A DNA stretch of 64,000 bases from positions 1,312,001 through 1,376,000 of the forward strand of contig OZ240241.1 of assembly GCA_965198115.1 (NCBI GenBank). Direction: 5' to 3'. Under the pieces are notes generated by a model that saw only the letters and a program-made list of their open reading frames with translations, was not told where the DNA came from and ran no database searches. The translations under genes were made by a program, and so were the position numbers. Source of the DNA: Candidatus Latescibacterota bacterium (GTDB lineage Bacteria; Latescibacterota; UBA2968). Of the stretch, positions 31,052-41,051 are shown piece after piece (the first letter of the stretch is position 1; each line of letters begins with the position of its first letter).

Positions 31052-32471
31052 GGCTCTATCCGGGTTTCTCAACGGTGAAACTATAGAATGACAAGGTCAT
31101 AGATCGTTCCCTACGCTTGGTTGTGTGTGTAGGACAATCAAAGCGAAGGGGGTGCGACCTATGACCGGGAGCAGATTACTATCGAAACTGCTGAGATTCA
31201 AGGGGTTCCGTGTTGTCAGCTGGTGGTTTGAGGGGAGAAGCTGTTTCGTCATCGCCGTAAAGCCACATAAGAATGGTTGTTGTTGTCCGGAGTGCGGCCG
31301 TCGAGGTAAAATCGTCCGCACAATGCCCCATCCGCGTCGGTGGCGTGACATTCCGGTGTGCGGGTGGAGGGTCTGGCTTCTCTACCATCCTCGGGAGATT
31401 CGGTGTCCTACCCACGGTCGTGTGGTCGAGGAGATTCCGTGGGCGGAGCGGTTCTCTCGGGTGACGTATCGCTTCGAGTATGCCATGCTGCGCTACTGCC
31501 AGACCATGACGCAGAAGGCGGCGTCCGAGTTACTGCGCATCTCTGCCTCGACGCTGTCGGATCTCCTTCACCGATCCATCACGCGGCTTCGTGAAGGTCA
31601 TCGTATCCGAGGGCTCAAAACCATCGGGATCGACGAGATCTCCTACGCCAAGCGTCACAGGTACGCCACGCTCGTTTACGATCTGGACCGCTCCTGCGTG
31701 GTGTGGGTTGGCCGCGGCAGGGCGCGTAAAACGATCGATCGGTTCTTCACAGAGGCTCTCAGTCCCTACCGGAGATCCAAGATCGAGTGGGCCTGCTGCG
31801 ACATGAGCGAAGCTTACATCGGAGCCATCCAGGAACACTGTCCGAATGCCAAGCTGGTCCTCGATCGCTTTCACATCGTCAAGGCTCTCAATGCCGCCGT
31901 TGACGAGGTCCGTAAGGACCAGTGGCGTAAAGCTGCCCCGGATGAGCGCAAAGCCATGAAGGGCCTCCGATGGCTCCTCTACCGGCACTCAGCGACACGC
32001 TCCAGAGGGGATACTCGGACACTCAAAGCACTGGAGAAGGCGAACTACCGAATCTATAGAGCCTGGAGACTCAAGGACGAGTTCGAGCAGTTCTGGGAAT
32101 ACAAAGCGCCCTGGGCTGCCGAACGCTTCCTGAAATGCTGGACGACGTCCGCACTCAGAAGTCGACTTGAACCCCTGCGAAAGTTCGTCAGGACCCTGCG
32201 ACAGCACTTCTTCGGCGTCCTCGCATTCGTGAACACGCGTCTTACCAACGCCATCGCCGAAGGCCTCAACCGAATCGTCCAAATCGTCAAGAACCGAGCC
32301 AGCGGATTCCGCACACTCGACGCATTCAACGATATGATCTTCCTTACCGTCGGAGACATAAACATCCCTGAGCAGATTCCGAAGAGGTTCCGCACACGCT
32401 AACCGCGCCCCCATGCCAGGAACCACGGCACCTTCACCCACTTCATCTCGTTGAGAGATCCGGATATAGCC
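31052..32471 (+). mobile_element. ISL3-family element copy 2 (1420 bp)
   Basis: Near-identical to copy 1. 8-bp duplication ATAAATAT at 31044-31051 and 32472-32479. Confidence 0.93.
31161..32402 (+). CDS. ISL3-family transposase
   Basis: Differs from copy 1 by one visible residue (YQRS vs YRRS). Confidence 0.93.
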   Translation: MTGSRLLSKLLRFKGFRVVSWWFEGRSCFVIAVKPHKNGCCCPECGRRGKIVRTMPHPRRWRDIPVCGWRVWLLYHPREIRCPTHGRVVEEIPWAERFSRVTYRFEYAMLRYCQTMTQKAASELLRISASTLSDLLHRSITRLREGHRIRGLKTIGIDEISYAKRHRYATLVYDLDRSCVVWVGRGRARKTIDRFFTEALSPYRRSKIEWACCDMSEAYIGAIQEHCPNAKLVLDRFHIVKALNAAVDEVRKDQWRKAAPDERKAMKGLRWLLYRHSATRSRGDTRTLKALEKANYRIYRAWRLKDEFEQFWEYKAPWAAERFLKCWTTSALRSRLEPLRKFVRTLRQHFFGVLAFVNTRLTNAIAEGLNRIVQIVKNRASGFRTLDAFNDMIFLTVGDINIPEQIPKRFRTR

Positions 32472-32987
32472 ATAAATATACAGGCTTGGCTTCCTTCTCG
32501 ATTGCATGTTGTTTTAACAGATTCCGTGCCCTGTGGAGACTTGTCGGTCCCGTTTCGTCTCATCGGCGCGTCATCACGGAATCCATTTTCAGCGATGACC
32601 CCTATTTATCTTTCTCGTAGATCGTTCTCACGAAATACAACGTAAACTTTCGAACATTTATAATTACTCCTTTTCATTCAATTTCGGGGATGCGAATCCG
32701 ATTATGGATACTTGTTTATTTTTTACTGTTCACCCATCGGGCAATGGCTTCCTTCCAAGATTCGATTGATTCCGGCGTTTTCTCAAGCAGTAATATGACC
32801 ACCGATTCCGCTTGAAGGCTTGCTTGGGCTGTATGCCGACCGGTACCTGTTGGACAGTGCTGTTGTCGCATTTCTCCTTGTAGAGGATGGCCCACGCTGA
32901 ATCTTCCAGTTCGATCTTGTCTGGAAGCTCCGCGACCTGCTGCTGCACCGTTTCTTTGTTGAAGAAAGGGCACGCGTCGACGTGCCC

Positions 32988-33362
32988 TACCCGTCCGGAC
33001 CCGTTCACCGAGGTTTGGCCGGAGGTTCGCGCACATCTGGAAGTGAACCCCGGGCTGGAAGCCAAGACGCTGTTCATCCATCTCCAGCGGACCTATCCGG
33101 GCCGCTTCCAGGACGGCCAGCTCCGGACACTGCAGCGCAGGGTCAAGACCTAGCGTGGACTGGAGGGACCCTCGCGCGAAGTGTTCTTCCCGCAGGTGCA
33201 CAAGCCCGGCGATCTCAGTCAGTCCGACTTCACCGACTTCTCCCCGTTGGGTGTGACGATCTGCGGCCAGCCCTTCGAGCATCTCGTCTACCATTTCGTG
33301 CTGACGTACTCGAACTGGGAGAGCGCGACGATCTGCTTTTCGGAGAGCTTCGAGGCGCTCTC
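32988..33362 (+). pseudogene. istA: Internal fragment of an IS21-family IstA transposase
   Basis: TRPDPF..WPEV...LRTLQRRVKT*RGLEGP..EVFFPQ.H.PG..QSDFT...YSNWE...SESFEAL, with an in-frame TAG at 33151. Confidence 0.8.
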
Positions 33363-33629
33363 TTCCTGTCCCCAGCTGGTTTCTGCGTGTTTCGCCACAA
33401 TCAGGTAGTTTCGAATCATCGTTCGACCTCTGTCGCTGCTGATGTGGGTGTAGCCAGGTTGTGGTGATCTTCGCTCGATCAACTCCCCGGACGAAAAACA
33501 TCGCTTCCCATCACTTACACGCGTCTTGACAAGATGGGGTGTTTCGGACTCCCAATAGCAGCGGTAGGGAATCCCTCGATGTTGGAGCTCCAGATCTGCA
33601 TCCTCACAGCCTCGATGGCGAGAAACAAA

Positions 33630-34190
33630 TCAGGGGAACCGCGGATAGGCCGCGATGAGGTCCTCGACGAAGCGGTTGCTCTGACACCACGTGAGCCCCT
33701 TCGGACTCACTCGAGAGAGTTGCCGCTCGATGCGGTCGCGGATCCTTTGTGTTTTCCACAGCTTCGTGCGCCCCACGCGAATCGCCCGAATGGCGGTGAC
33801 GGCGACGGTTGTGCTGGGCTCGTACTTGCAGACCACCTCGGCCATCGCCTGGATCTTGGGGACGTGGGGGAGACGCCCCAGCTCCGTCAGCAACGTCGGT
33901 TTCTTCCCCCACGACGTTTCCTCCGCACGGATCGGGTCCCAGATAAACCGGTATCGTGGGGGAATTCCCAGGGGCTTCTCGCCACCCAGCGCGATGTAGG
34001 CGCGACGTGCGTAGAGCGTGTTGACATCCTGCTGCCGGCTCACGCCGCGCGTCCCGGTCAGAAGCCGCGCCTGGGACAGCTGCTTCTTGTCCTTGAACAT
34101 GGACTTTGGTTCCGGCGTCTTTGCGCGCGCTTTCTTCTTTTTCACACGCCGCTTTCTCTTCTTGCCTGGATGTTTGGCTGGTCCTTTCAT
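33630..34190 (-). CDS. Hypothetical basic protein
   Basis: ATG after a purine-rich GGGAAGGGGG RBS. K/R-rich N-terminus followed by a globular-looking region. The frame stays open further upstream. Confidence 0.5.
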   Translation of the reverse strand: MKGPAKHPGKKRKRRVKKKKARAKTPEPKSMFKDKKQLSQARLLTGTRGVSRQQDVNTLYARRAYIALGGEKPLGIPPRYRFIWDPIRAEETSWGKKPTLLTELGRLPHVPKIQAMAEVVCKYEPSTTVAVTAIRAIRVGRTKLWKTQRIRDRIERQLSRVSPKGLTWCQSNRFVEDLIAAYPRFP

Positions 34191-34640
34191 ACTGACCCCC
34201 TTCCCTTCCTCGTGGCCAGGTGCCCTCTCGCTCGAAGAGGGCTTTCCTGACGCGCACAGAGTCGACACTGGGAAGGGCAACTCGTTCGTCCGGGCAACGG
34301 TATCGATCAACAGCCGGATCGAGGCCACGTCCTTTGGGACGGCAATCGGCAGACCCGATGTGCGTCTCCTTTTCTTTGGGTTGGCACTCGTTCTCACCAT
34401 TCCGTTGCCCTTCCGGGCGAAGGCATGCGCGATGCGCGCAAGGTTCTTCGCGGCAGACCCCGTCTCTCCGATCGCGCGGGGGACGACCGGATCACCGGCA
34501 CCCAAACGCCAGAAGCTACGAAGAAAAATAACTTTGGCGACAGGACGTTGGCGAAATGATTTTTCTGTTCGGACAACTCCGCTTTTTCGTGCCCGGTTCC
34601 CACCCCAAAGAACACCACAATAAACGCCCTATATAACTGT

Positions 34641-34922
34641 TTATAATATGTTAACCGTTCTTCGTAAGTCCATGATTTTCCAGAAAATGGGGTCAATTAG
34701 TGGAGGCAAAGGCCGCACTACTGAGGTGACAACCCCCATAAGCGCGAGAACCATCGTCACTATGGCTCCCGCCACAAATCTTTGGTGGGCCTCCAGGTTC
34801 GAGACCCGCTTCTCAATCTGATCAACTTGTGCAGCTGTCGTAATTATGACCTTGTCCACGCTTTCTGCTATACGACGGTCAATAAGCTCGTCGCAGATCC
34901 CCTCAACCCGTACTGCTTTCAT
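34641..34922 (-). CDS. Small coiled-coil plus single-TM hypothetical protein
   Basis: QVDQIEKRVSNLE followed by FVAGAIVTMVLALMGVV. Plausible RBS. Confidence 0.45.
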   Translation of the reverse strand: MKAVRVEGICDELIDRRIAESVDKVIITTAAQVDQIEKRVSNLEAHQRFVAGAIVTMVLALMGVVTSVVRPLPPLIDPIFWKIMDLRRTVNIL

Positions 34923-35097
34923 ATTTCTTCCCCATAGCCCGGGACGATATCCCGTCACCGATGTTAGCCATTAGGATGTCAGTTTCGCAGGGAGTTGCTC
35001 TACTTCTTTGGGGAATCGCATGGGGATGCGACGGAGTGAGATTTCAAGCCGTGAGGGGCTGCACGGCGAAGGCCGTAGGGAAGCCTTTGCAAACGAT

Positions 35098-35322
35098 TTA
35101 GTAGAAGACTATCTCCCGCTCCTTTCGTTCAGAGCCTTCTCGGATAATAAGGGACGACTCAGGATCGTCTTCCAACTTCGAGGCGACGAGTCCGAGTTTT
35201 ATAAATTTTCGAAGAAGCTCGACGACCGAGATGGCTCTGCGGTCTGCTTCTCCCTTCAACTCCTCGTACAACGGTGTCGGAAGAGCAAGGTTGTAGCGTT
35301 TAACATCGGTCTGTTGCGTCAC
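35098..35322 (-). CDS. Ribbon-helix-helix (CopG-like) DNA-binding protein
   Basis: KRYNLALP strand followed by PLYEELKGEADRRAISVVELLRKFI helices. GGAGG RBS. Confidence 0.75.
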   Translation of the reverse strand: MTQQTDVKRYNLALPTPLYEELKGEADRRAISVVELLRKFIKLGLVASKLEDDPESSLIIREGSERKEREIVFY

Positions 35323-35461
35323 GGCCGGAGCCTCCGAATGTGGGGAGATATATCGTGGAGATTCGCGGCCGCATTGATACGACCGTATAGTTGGGCGGCA
35401 CGCAAAGCTTTGGGGGTCTGTCCGCCTCGTGTCACATTATATGGTAGGAGGGTATCGGCGT

Positions 35462-35501
35462 CAACACATAAAATACACATAATTTATGTATATTGTTGTG
35501 T
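35462..35501. promoter_or_regulatory. AT-rich imperfect palindrome, candidate operator/promoter
   Basis: AACACATAAAATACACATA-ATT-TATGTATATTGTTGTGTT upstream of the RHH gene. Confidence 0.4.
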
Positions 35502-35973
35502 TACAATTTATGATTCCCCCGTGCGACCCGTTATAGTGCGCTCGAGGGTCCTCCTAACCAGCCTCTGACCCGACCCGTTGAGTTTTTCAGCTATTCAGGC
35601 GCTAGACCTTATGTATTCTGATCGGACCCGATGAAAAATGAGCAGACTCCTATATCAGATCAAGTGCTCTCAGCGCAGATCAGGGCAAGAATGGTGGAGA
35701 GGCTATCGAGGGCTACCACCAAGACTTGCTGGTCCGTATCAAATCGAAGCCCTCAACCCGAACCAGACCGGCGGAAACGAACAGTGAAGCCTGACGAAGA
35801 GATGACGACATAGAGCTGCTCCACGAACAGAAAGTGCGCGAGTTGGAGTGCATCTATGACCGCGAGGCTGCTGGCGAGGATCTGCGGAATGCGACGGAAG
35901 GAGCTGGAGGTGGAGACGTTGTGGGCGCTTTTGGTGGGGGAGATAAAGCGGCACTACAACAGGAGGACGATGA

Positions 35974-36428
35974 ATGAAGAGCAGGCACTGGCGCATCTAC
36001 CACTTCTCGGGCGCACGAGCGATATGGGAACGGTTTCGACCACCAGATGATCCGATAAACGCCCCGAAACCTGCGACTGGCATACCTTGGCTGATAGCCG
36101 CGTATGTGGCTGTCTTCGGACTGGCCACAACGAGATACGAGAACCGTGGGGATGTGATAGAGACACGCGCAAACTTCATATTGATGCAGATGGCCACACC
36201 AAACTGGAGGCGAGCACTCATCGATGTGGGTCAGATTCAGGCAACACGCTGTCCCGAAAAGCCGGACCTCTTTTGGCCGCCATCGGTAATTCGATCGCTC
36301 ATCTGGAGTGACTCGATCCACGTTGACACTGTAGACCAGCTGACAGGAATCGTGGCGGCCAGGAGGGATTCTCTTGATGGTGTTAATCTGTCCGAAACAA
36401 GACTCCGGGGCGGTCAATTCATGCTTGC
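35974..36428 (+). pseudogene. Membrane-anchored protein (possibly pentapeptide-repeat) truncated by IS21
   Basis: TM segment IPWLIAAYVAVFGLA, then pentapeptide-like LDGVNLSETRLRGGQF immediately before the IS21 end. Confidence 0.45.
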
Positions 36429-37146
36429 TGCGTATTTCGTAGGAAAGTTGCCACTCAGTTCGGTCCAAAGTTGCCAGTGACTTCGGAGTAAAGTTGCCAC
36501 TGATTTCGGTCTGAAAGTTTCCATTTTTCGGCTGATTCCGAAACAGGTGGCAACAATGTGCCGGAATGGCACGCGGCGCTGGATAATCGGTGCACGGTAC
36601 CTTCGCAGAAAAGGAGGTGCCGATGGCGCGGCCATAGGCCGTAGGAGGTTATCCATGCGCAGGACATCAGAGATTCTGCGCCTCAAGTACGAGGTTGGAC
36701 TGAGCAACCGGCAGATCGCCCGCAGTTGTGGTCTGACGCACACGACGGTGTCGAACTACCTGTCGCGTGTGAAGAAGGCTGGTCTTTGTTGGCCCCTTTC
36801 CGAGGAGCTGGATGAAGACCAGTTTCAGGCGCTGCTCTTTCCGAACACATCCGAAGACTTCCAGCCGACTCGAACACTGCCGGATATGGATCGGATCCAC
36901 AAGGAGCTGCGTCGCAAGCACGTGACACTGCGGCTTCTGTGGGAGGAGTATCGCGCCGATTGCCCGGAAGGCTACGGATACACGCAGTTCTGTGAGTATT
37001 ACAAGCGCTGGAAGTCCAAGCTCGACGTGACGTTGCGACAGCGTCACGTGGCCGGCGAAAAGATGTTCGTGGATTGGGCAGGACAACCCCTCAAGAGAAA
37101 AAATCCGCACACCGGGGATGATTGTCCCGCCTTCCTGTTCGTGGCA
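36429..37146 (+). mobile_element. IS21-family element: left end and 5' part of istA only
   Basis: TGCGTATT terminus. AAAGTTGCCA repeats at 36444, 36467, 36490 and a variant at 36514. RLSMRRTSEILRLK, LWEEY, YGYTQFC and GEKMFVDWAG motifs. Confidence 0.88.
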
Positions 37147-37980
37147 CCCAGAGATGTGGGTGTGTCAACTATGTTATTGCCATCAGAAGACCAGAAGGCG
37201 ATTTTCTACTACAATCCCCTTCGACTGATTGGAATGAATGGCAAGAAGGACCTCGATCAAGACGCTCATCGTCGAACCGTGCTGCCCGCCTTCCATCGTA
37301 CATCGTGTTGCTTCCCGAATGCGTGGCGATTCCTCGCGAATCTACCCAGCTATGTCGCCTCAATCGACGAGCGCAGCCTCTACATCAATCTCTACTCCAG
37401 TGCGGAATTAGATGTACAGCTGAGTGAGCGAACGCGAGGAGCCGTGAGGATCGACACGGCCTATCCTGATTCAGGCACGATTTCAATCGAGGTTGACGTT
37501 AAACAGCCGACGAAGCTCGATCTTCATCTGCGAATACCGCAGTGGGCGTCGCGTGCGTGCGTAGAAGTGGCTGGAAGCAAAACCGCCTGCGAACGAGGAT
37601 CGTATCACGTGATTCGGCAGGTGTGGAAGGGGAATACGACCGTGACTTTAGAGCTGGGTGAGAGCTGGCGAGTCGTTCTTCCTCATCCCGATGTCGACGC
37701 CAACCGGGATCAGGTTGCACTCGGTCACGGGCCGATCATCTACTGCGTCGACCAATCGGACACGGAGATCCCTCTCGATCGTCTTGCGATCCCGTCGTCA
37801 GCGGCTGACGACTTCACGCCGGAGGTGAACGTTGACACCGATGGCTATCAGATCGCATCGGTTCCGATGATCGATCTGGAAACTTCGCAAAGCGCGTCGA
37901 TAAAGATGAGACCCTACTATGCACGCGGACGAATCGGAACATTCGCTGAATGGGCGACCTGGCTCCCCGTCGCGAAGTGA
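36655..37980 (+). pseudogene. In-frame chimera: IstA N-terminus plus GH127 (beta-L-arabinofuranosidase-like) C-terminal half
   Basis: After AFLFVA (~37146) the ORF continues with FYYNPL, CCFPNAWRFLA, LYINLY, TAYP, LRIPQW and GPIIYC motifs. Confidence 0.8.
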
Positions 37981-37985
37981 CCCAG

Positions 37986-39887
37986 TCATCCGCTTGTCGC
38001 TACGACACCCAGAATCGCAGCACCATACTTCTCCAGCTTCGCCGGTCCGATTCCGTGGGCAAGCGTGAGATCGTCTTCGTGCGCCGGACGCGTCGAAGCA
38101 ATGTCCCGCAAAGTCCGATCACTCGCGACCACGTAGGGCGGTACGTGCTCCTTCCGCGCGGTTTCGAGCCGCCATTTACGCAGCGCCTCGAACACCTCCG
38201 TGCCCTTTTCATCAAGAACCGACCCATCATCATCCCGACCGGGAGATGTGCGACGACGGGAACCCTTGGCCGCGACCGGTGTCGTTCGCTCAGGTGGCAG
38301 AAGCAATCGTGCCGGTCGTCGCTCGTGAATCACGTCCTGACCTTCCTCCGTGACAACGACGACGGGCCGCTGACCGCCGCGAAAGTCGACCCACCCCGCA
38401 GTCACGCATCGGCGTAGCAGCTTTAGCAGCCAATCCTCATCGTATTCGGATAACGTCCCGAAGGTCGGTGTCTTCCCAAGTCCAGACCATTCAAGACGTT
38501 CGTCATCCGTTCCGCACAAAAGCTTGGCCGCCAGGTGGATACCGAATCGTCCGTGGACGCGTGCCACACCGCACAGCGCTTTCCGAACGATAGTCGTCAC
38601 TTCCTCCGACTCACCGTGGCCGTCATCCATGTTCAGGCACACGTCGCATCGGCCACATCCGGACAGCGTCTCCTCCTCATCACCGAAGTAACGTAGAATC
38701 GCATCGTGTCGGCAGCTTCCGCCTTCCGCCCATCGCATCAGCTCGAGGAAGAGGTTCCACTTGTGCCGAACGACATTCTCGTCGGGCACACGGCCATCCG
38801 CATCACTCTCGATCAGGAACCGGCGAAGCGCCATATCACCGGGTGATGTCAACAATGCGCAAACGGCATCCTCACCGTCCCGCCCTGCTCGACCCGCCTC
38901 CTGATAGTAGGCCTCGACAGATCCCGGTGGTGCCAGATGGACGATGCACCGCACGTCGTGACGATCGATCCCCATTCCAAACGCGTTCGTCGCCACCACA
39001 ACTTCGACATCGCCCTTCGCAAACGCGGTCTGAACGCGATCTCGCGTCTCTCCATCCATCCCCGCGTGATAGGCTTCTGCGCGCCAGCCAATGTCCCTCA
39101 ATCGATCCGCTTCTTCCTCGGTCCGTTTCCGTGTCGGACTGTAGACGATCGCGGTCCCCTTCTCACTGCCAGGACGGTCCAGGCACTCGCGCAGCAAAAG
39201 ATCGACACGTGTGCGTGACTCCGCCTTCCCCTGAATCTCGTGGACTCGCAGAGCCAAGTTCGGTCGCGCAAATCCACGAACCAGCTGTGTCGTATCGGCC
39301 GGCAACCCCAATCGCTCGAGGATTTCGTCCCGCACGATCGGCGTTGCCGTCGCCGTGCAGGCCAGGATCCGGGCCGACGGCAGATCGCTCAACAGCTCGC
39401 CGATGCGCATATAGTCTGGTCTGAAGTCGTGCCCCCATTCGCTGATGCAATGCGCCTCGTCGACCGCCACGAGCGGACAATCGATCCGCCCCAGCATCGC
39501 TCGGAATCCTTCGAACGAGAGCCGTTCCGGCGCCACGTAGATCAGCTTGTAGGCGCCTCGAGACGCTTCGTCCACCCGCTTCCTCATCTCGTCGCCGTCG
39601 AGGGTCCCTGCCAGATATGTCGCGGAAACACCCCGCTCCTCCAGGGCGCGCACCTGATCGTGCATCAGTGCGATCAACGGTGACACGACAAGCGTCGTAC
39701 CGGGCAACAGCGCCGCAGGCAACTGATACGTCAGGCTCTTCCCGCCTCCCGTCGGTGCGACGAGGAGAAGCCGTCCCGAGTCTAACAGGATCTCGATTGC
39801 TTCTCGCTGACCCGGCAGGAATTGCTCGAATCCGAGCGTCTCTAAACCGGATTCAACCGTGATTTCATCTTGCACGACACCACCCAT
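37986..39887 (-). CDS. recQ: ATP-dependent DNA helicase RecQ
   Basis: PTGGGKS, VDEAHCISEWGHDFRPDY, TATAT, YYQEAGRAGRDG, zinc motif CRH...CGRCDVC, RQC and HRDC domains. Confidence 0.95.
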   Translation of the reverse strand: MGGVVQDEITVESGLETLGFEQFLPGQREAIEILLDSGRLLLVAPTGGGKSLTYQLPAALLPGTTLVVSPLIALMHDQVRALEERGVSATYLAGTLDGDEMRKRVDEASRGAYKLIYVAPERLSFEGFRAMLGRIDCPLVAVDEAHCISEWGHDFRPDYMRIGELLSDLPSARILACTATATPIVRDEILERLGLPADTTQLVRGFARPNLALRVHEIQGKAESRTRVDLLLRECLDRPGSEKGTAIVYSPTRKRTEEEADRLRDIGWRAEAYHAGMDGETRDRVQTAFAKGDVEVVVATNAFGMGIDRHDVRCIVHLAPPGSVEAYYQEAGRAGRDGEDAVCALLTSPGDMALRRFLIESDADGRVPDENVVRHKWNLFLELMRWAEGGSCRHDAILRYFGDEEETLSGCGRCDVCLNMDDGHGESEEVTTIVRKALCGVARVHGRFGIHLAAKLLCGTDDERLEWSGLGKTPTFGTLSEYDEDWLLKLLRRCVTAGWVDFRGGQRPVVVVTEEGQDVIHERRPARLLLPPERTTPVAAKGSRRRTSPGRDDDGSVLDEKGTEVFEALRKWRLETARKEHVPPYVVASDRTLRDIASTRPAHEDDLTLAHGIGPAKLEKYGAAILGVVATSG

Positions 39888-40076
39888 CCTATCCCCCGTT
39901 TCTACAGATGCGATACGTTCGATATGACAGCCTACCCTTCTTCCTTTTCACTTCTATCTTCTCACCTCTGGCTACGGCCACAGGCCAATCAGAGCATAGT
40001 CAAGTTGACCAGAATGACAAGCCGACACCCTGTCTGGTGGGAGAATCGGCGTAACTGACTGAATCCGGGGGGAGAA

Positions 40077-40946
40077 TCAGGAAAATGTAGCGTGGCGACG
40101 GAGCGTTCGCCGGGCGCGTTCGATCACGGGAGCGTCGACCATTTTGCCTTCGTGCGAGAATGCACCCGCGTTCGGATGGGCACCAGCCGCGCTCACAACA
40201 CTCTGCGCCGCCGCTACCTCATCGAGGGAGGGTTGGAACGTATCGTTCAGTACTTCGACCTGGTTCGGATGGATGCAGAAACCGCCTTCGAAACCGAGCG
40301 CTCTGGCGCGTACTGCCCAGGATCGAAAGAGCTCAACGTCCTTGTAAACACCGATCGAACCGAGATACCCGATCGGCGTGACGCCGGCTTCCCGCGCCGC
40401 GTATAGCGTCTGCATCGCCGGGAAGTAGAGCGCATCGGCATCGACCGTCCCCCCGACATCAGCGATCAGATCCTCCATCCCGAACCCCATCGCCACTAGC
40501 CGGGGAGTCGATTTCGCAATGTCGCGCGCATTCAGGACGCCCTTCGCGGACTCGATCTGTGCGATCAGACGAATCTCTCCAGCATCGATGCCCCGCTCGG
40601 CTTCCAGAACGGAAACCGCTGCATTGACAGCGATCAGCACCTCGCCGGAATCCACTTTGGGAATCGTCAAGGCAGACAGGCCTTCGCCGACCACGGCATC
40701 CAGATCTTTCGACAGCAGAGTGGCATCCAGGTTGAGCCGAACGGCTCCGACCCGCCCCTCCGCGGACATGACTGACACCGCAAGCCGCGCAGCCTCTCGG
40801 GCCTCCGTCTTCCGGTCCGGAGGGACCGAATCCTCGAGATCGACCTGGATGACGTCCGCGTTGCCACGCAACGCGCTGTCCAGATAACGCTCGTTCCCCG
40901 CCGGTACGAAAAGCAGTGATCGACAGATGTCAGGATTCAGTTTCAT
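40077..40946 (-). CDS. CitE / HpcH-HpaI family CoA ester lyase
   Basis: RSLLFVPA, DLEDSV, PKV, QIESAKG, CIHPNQV and GKMVDAP motifs. Confidence 0.9.
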   Translation of the reverse strand: MKLNPDICRSLLFVPAGNERYLDSALRGNADVIQVDLEDSVPPDRKTEAREAARLAVSVMSAEGRVGAVRLNLDATLLSKDLDAVVGEGLSALTIPKVDSGEVLIAVNAAVSVLEAERGIDAGEIRLIAQIESAKGVLNARDIAKSTPRLVAMGFGMEDLIADVGGTVDADALYFPAMQTLYAAREAGVTPIGYLGSIGVYKDVELFRSWAVRARALGFEGGFCIHPNQVEVLNDTFQPSLDEVAAAQSVVSAAGAHPNAGAFSHEGKMVDAPVIERARRTLRRHATFS

Positions 40947-41051
40947 ATCCTTGAGTCCTACCGGACGACCACGTCAGTTCGAGCGGAGTCGAGAACTCGT
41001 GCCTCGCATCGTCCCGTCTTTTATTCGCAGTCGGGAGACCGCTCCCACCGG

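Noticed and set aside
25234-32471. Composite transposon of two ISL3 copies carrying the carbamoyltransferase and recombinase
   Set aside because: Each copy has its own distinct 8-bp target duplication, so they inserted independently.
35385-35460. c-di-GMP-I riboswitch-like words (GGCACGCAAAGC...GGTCT)
   Set aside because: The upstream GGCAAACC/GAAA tetraloop stem is missing and I could not form the closing helix.
36444-36523. AAAGTTGCCA repeats with a 23-24 bp period as a mini-CRISPR or iterons
   Set aside because: The repeats and spacers are too short and there is no cas or rep gene. They follow a TG terminus and precede istA, as expected for IS21 end repeats.
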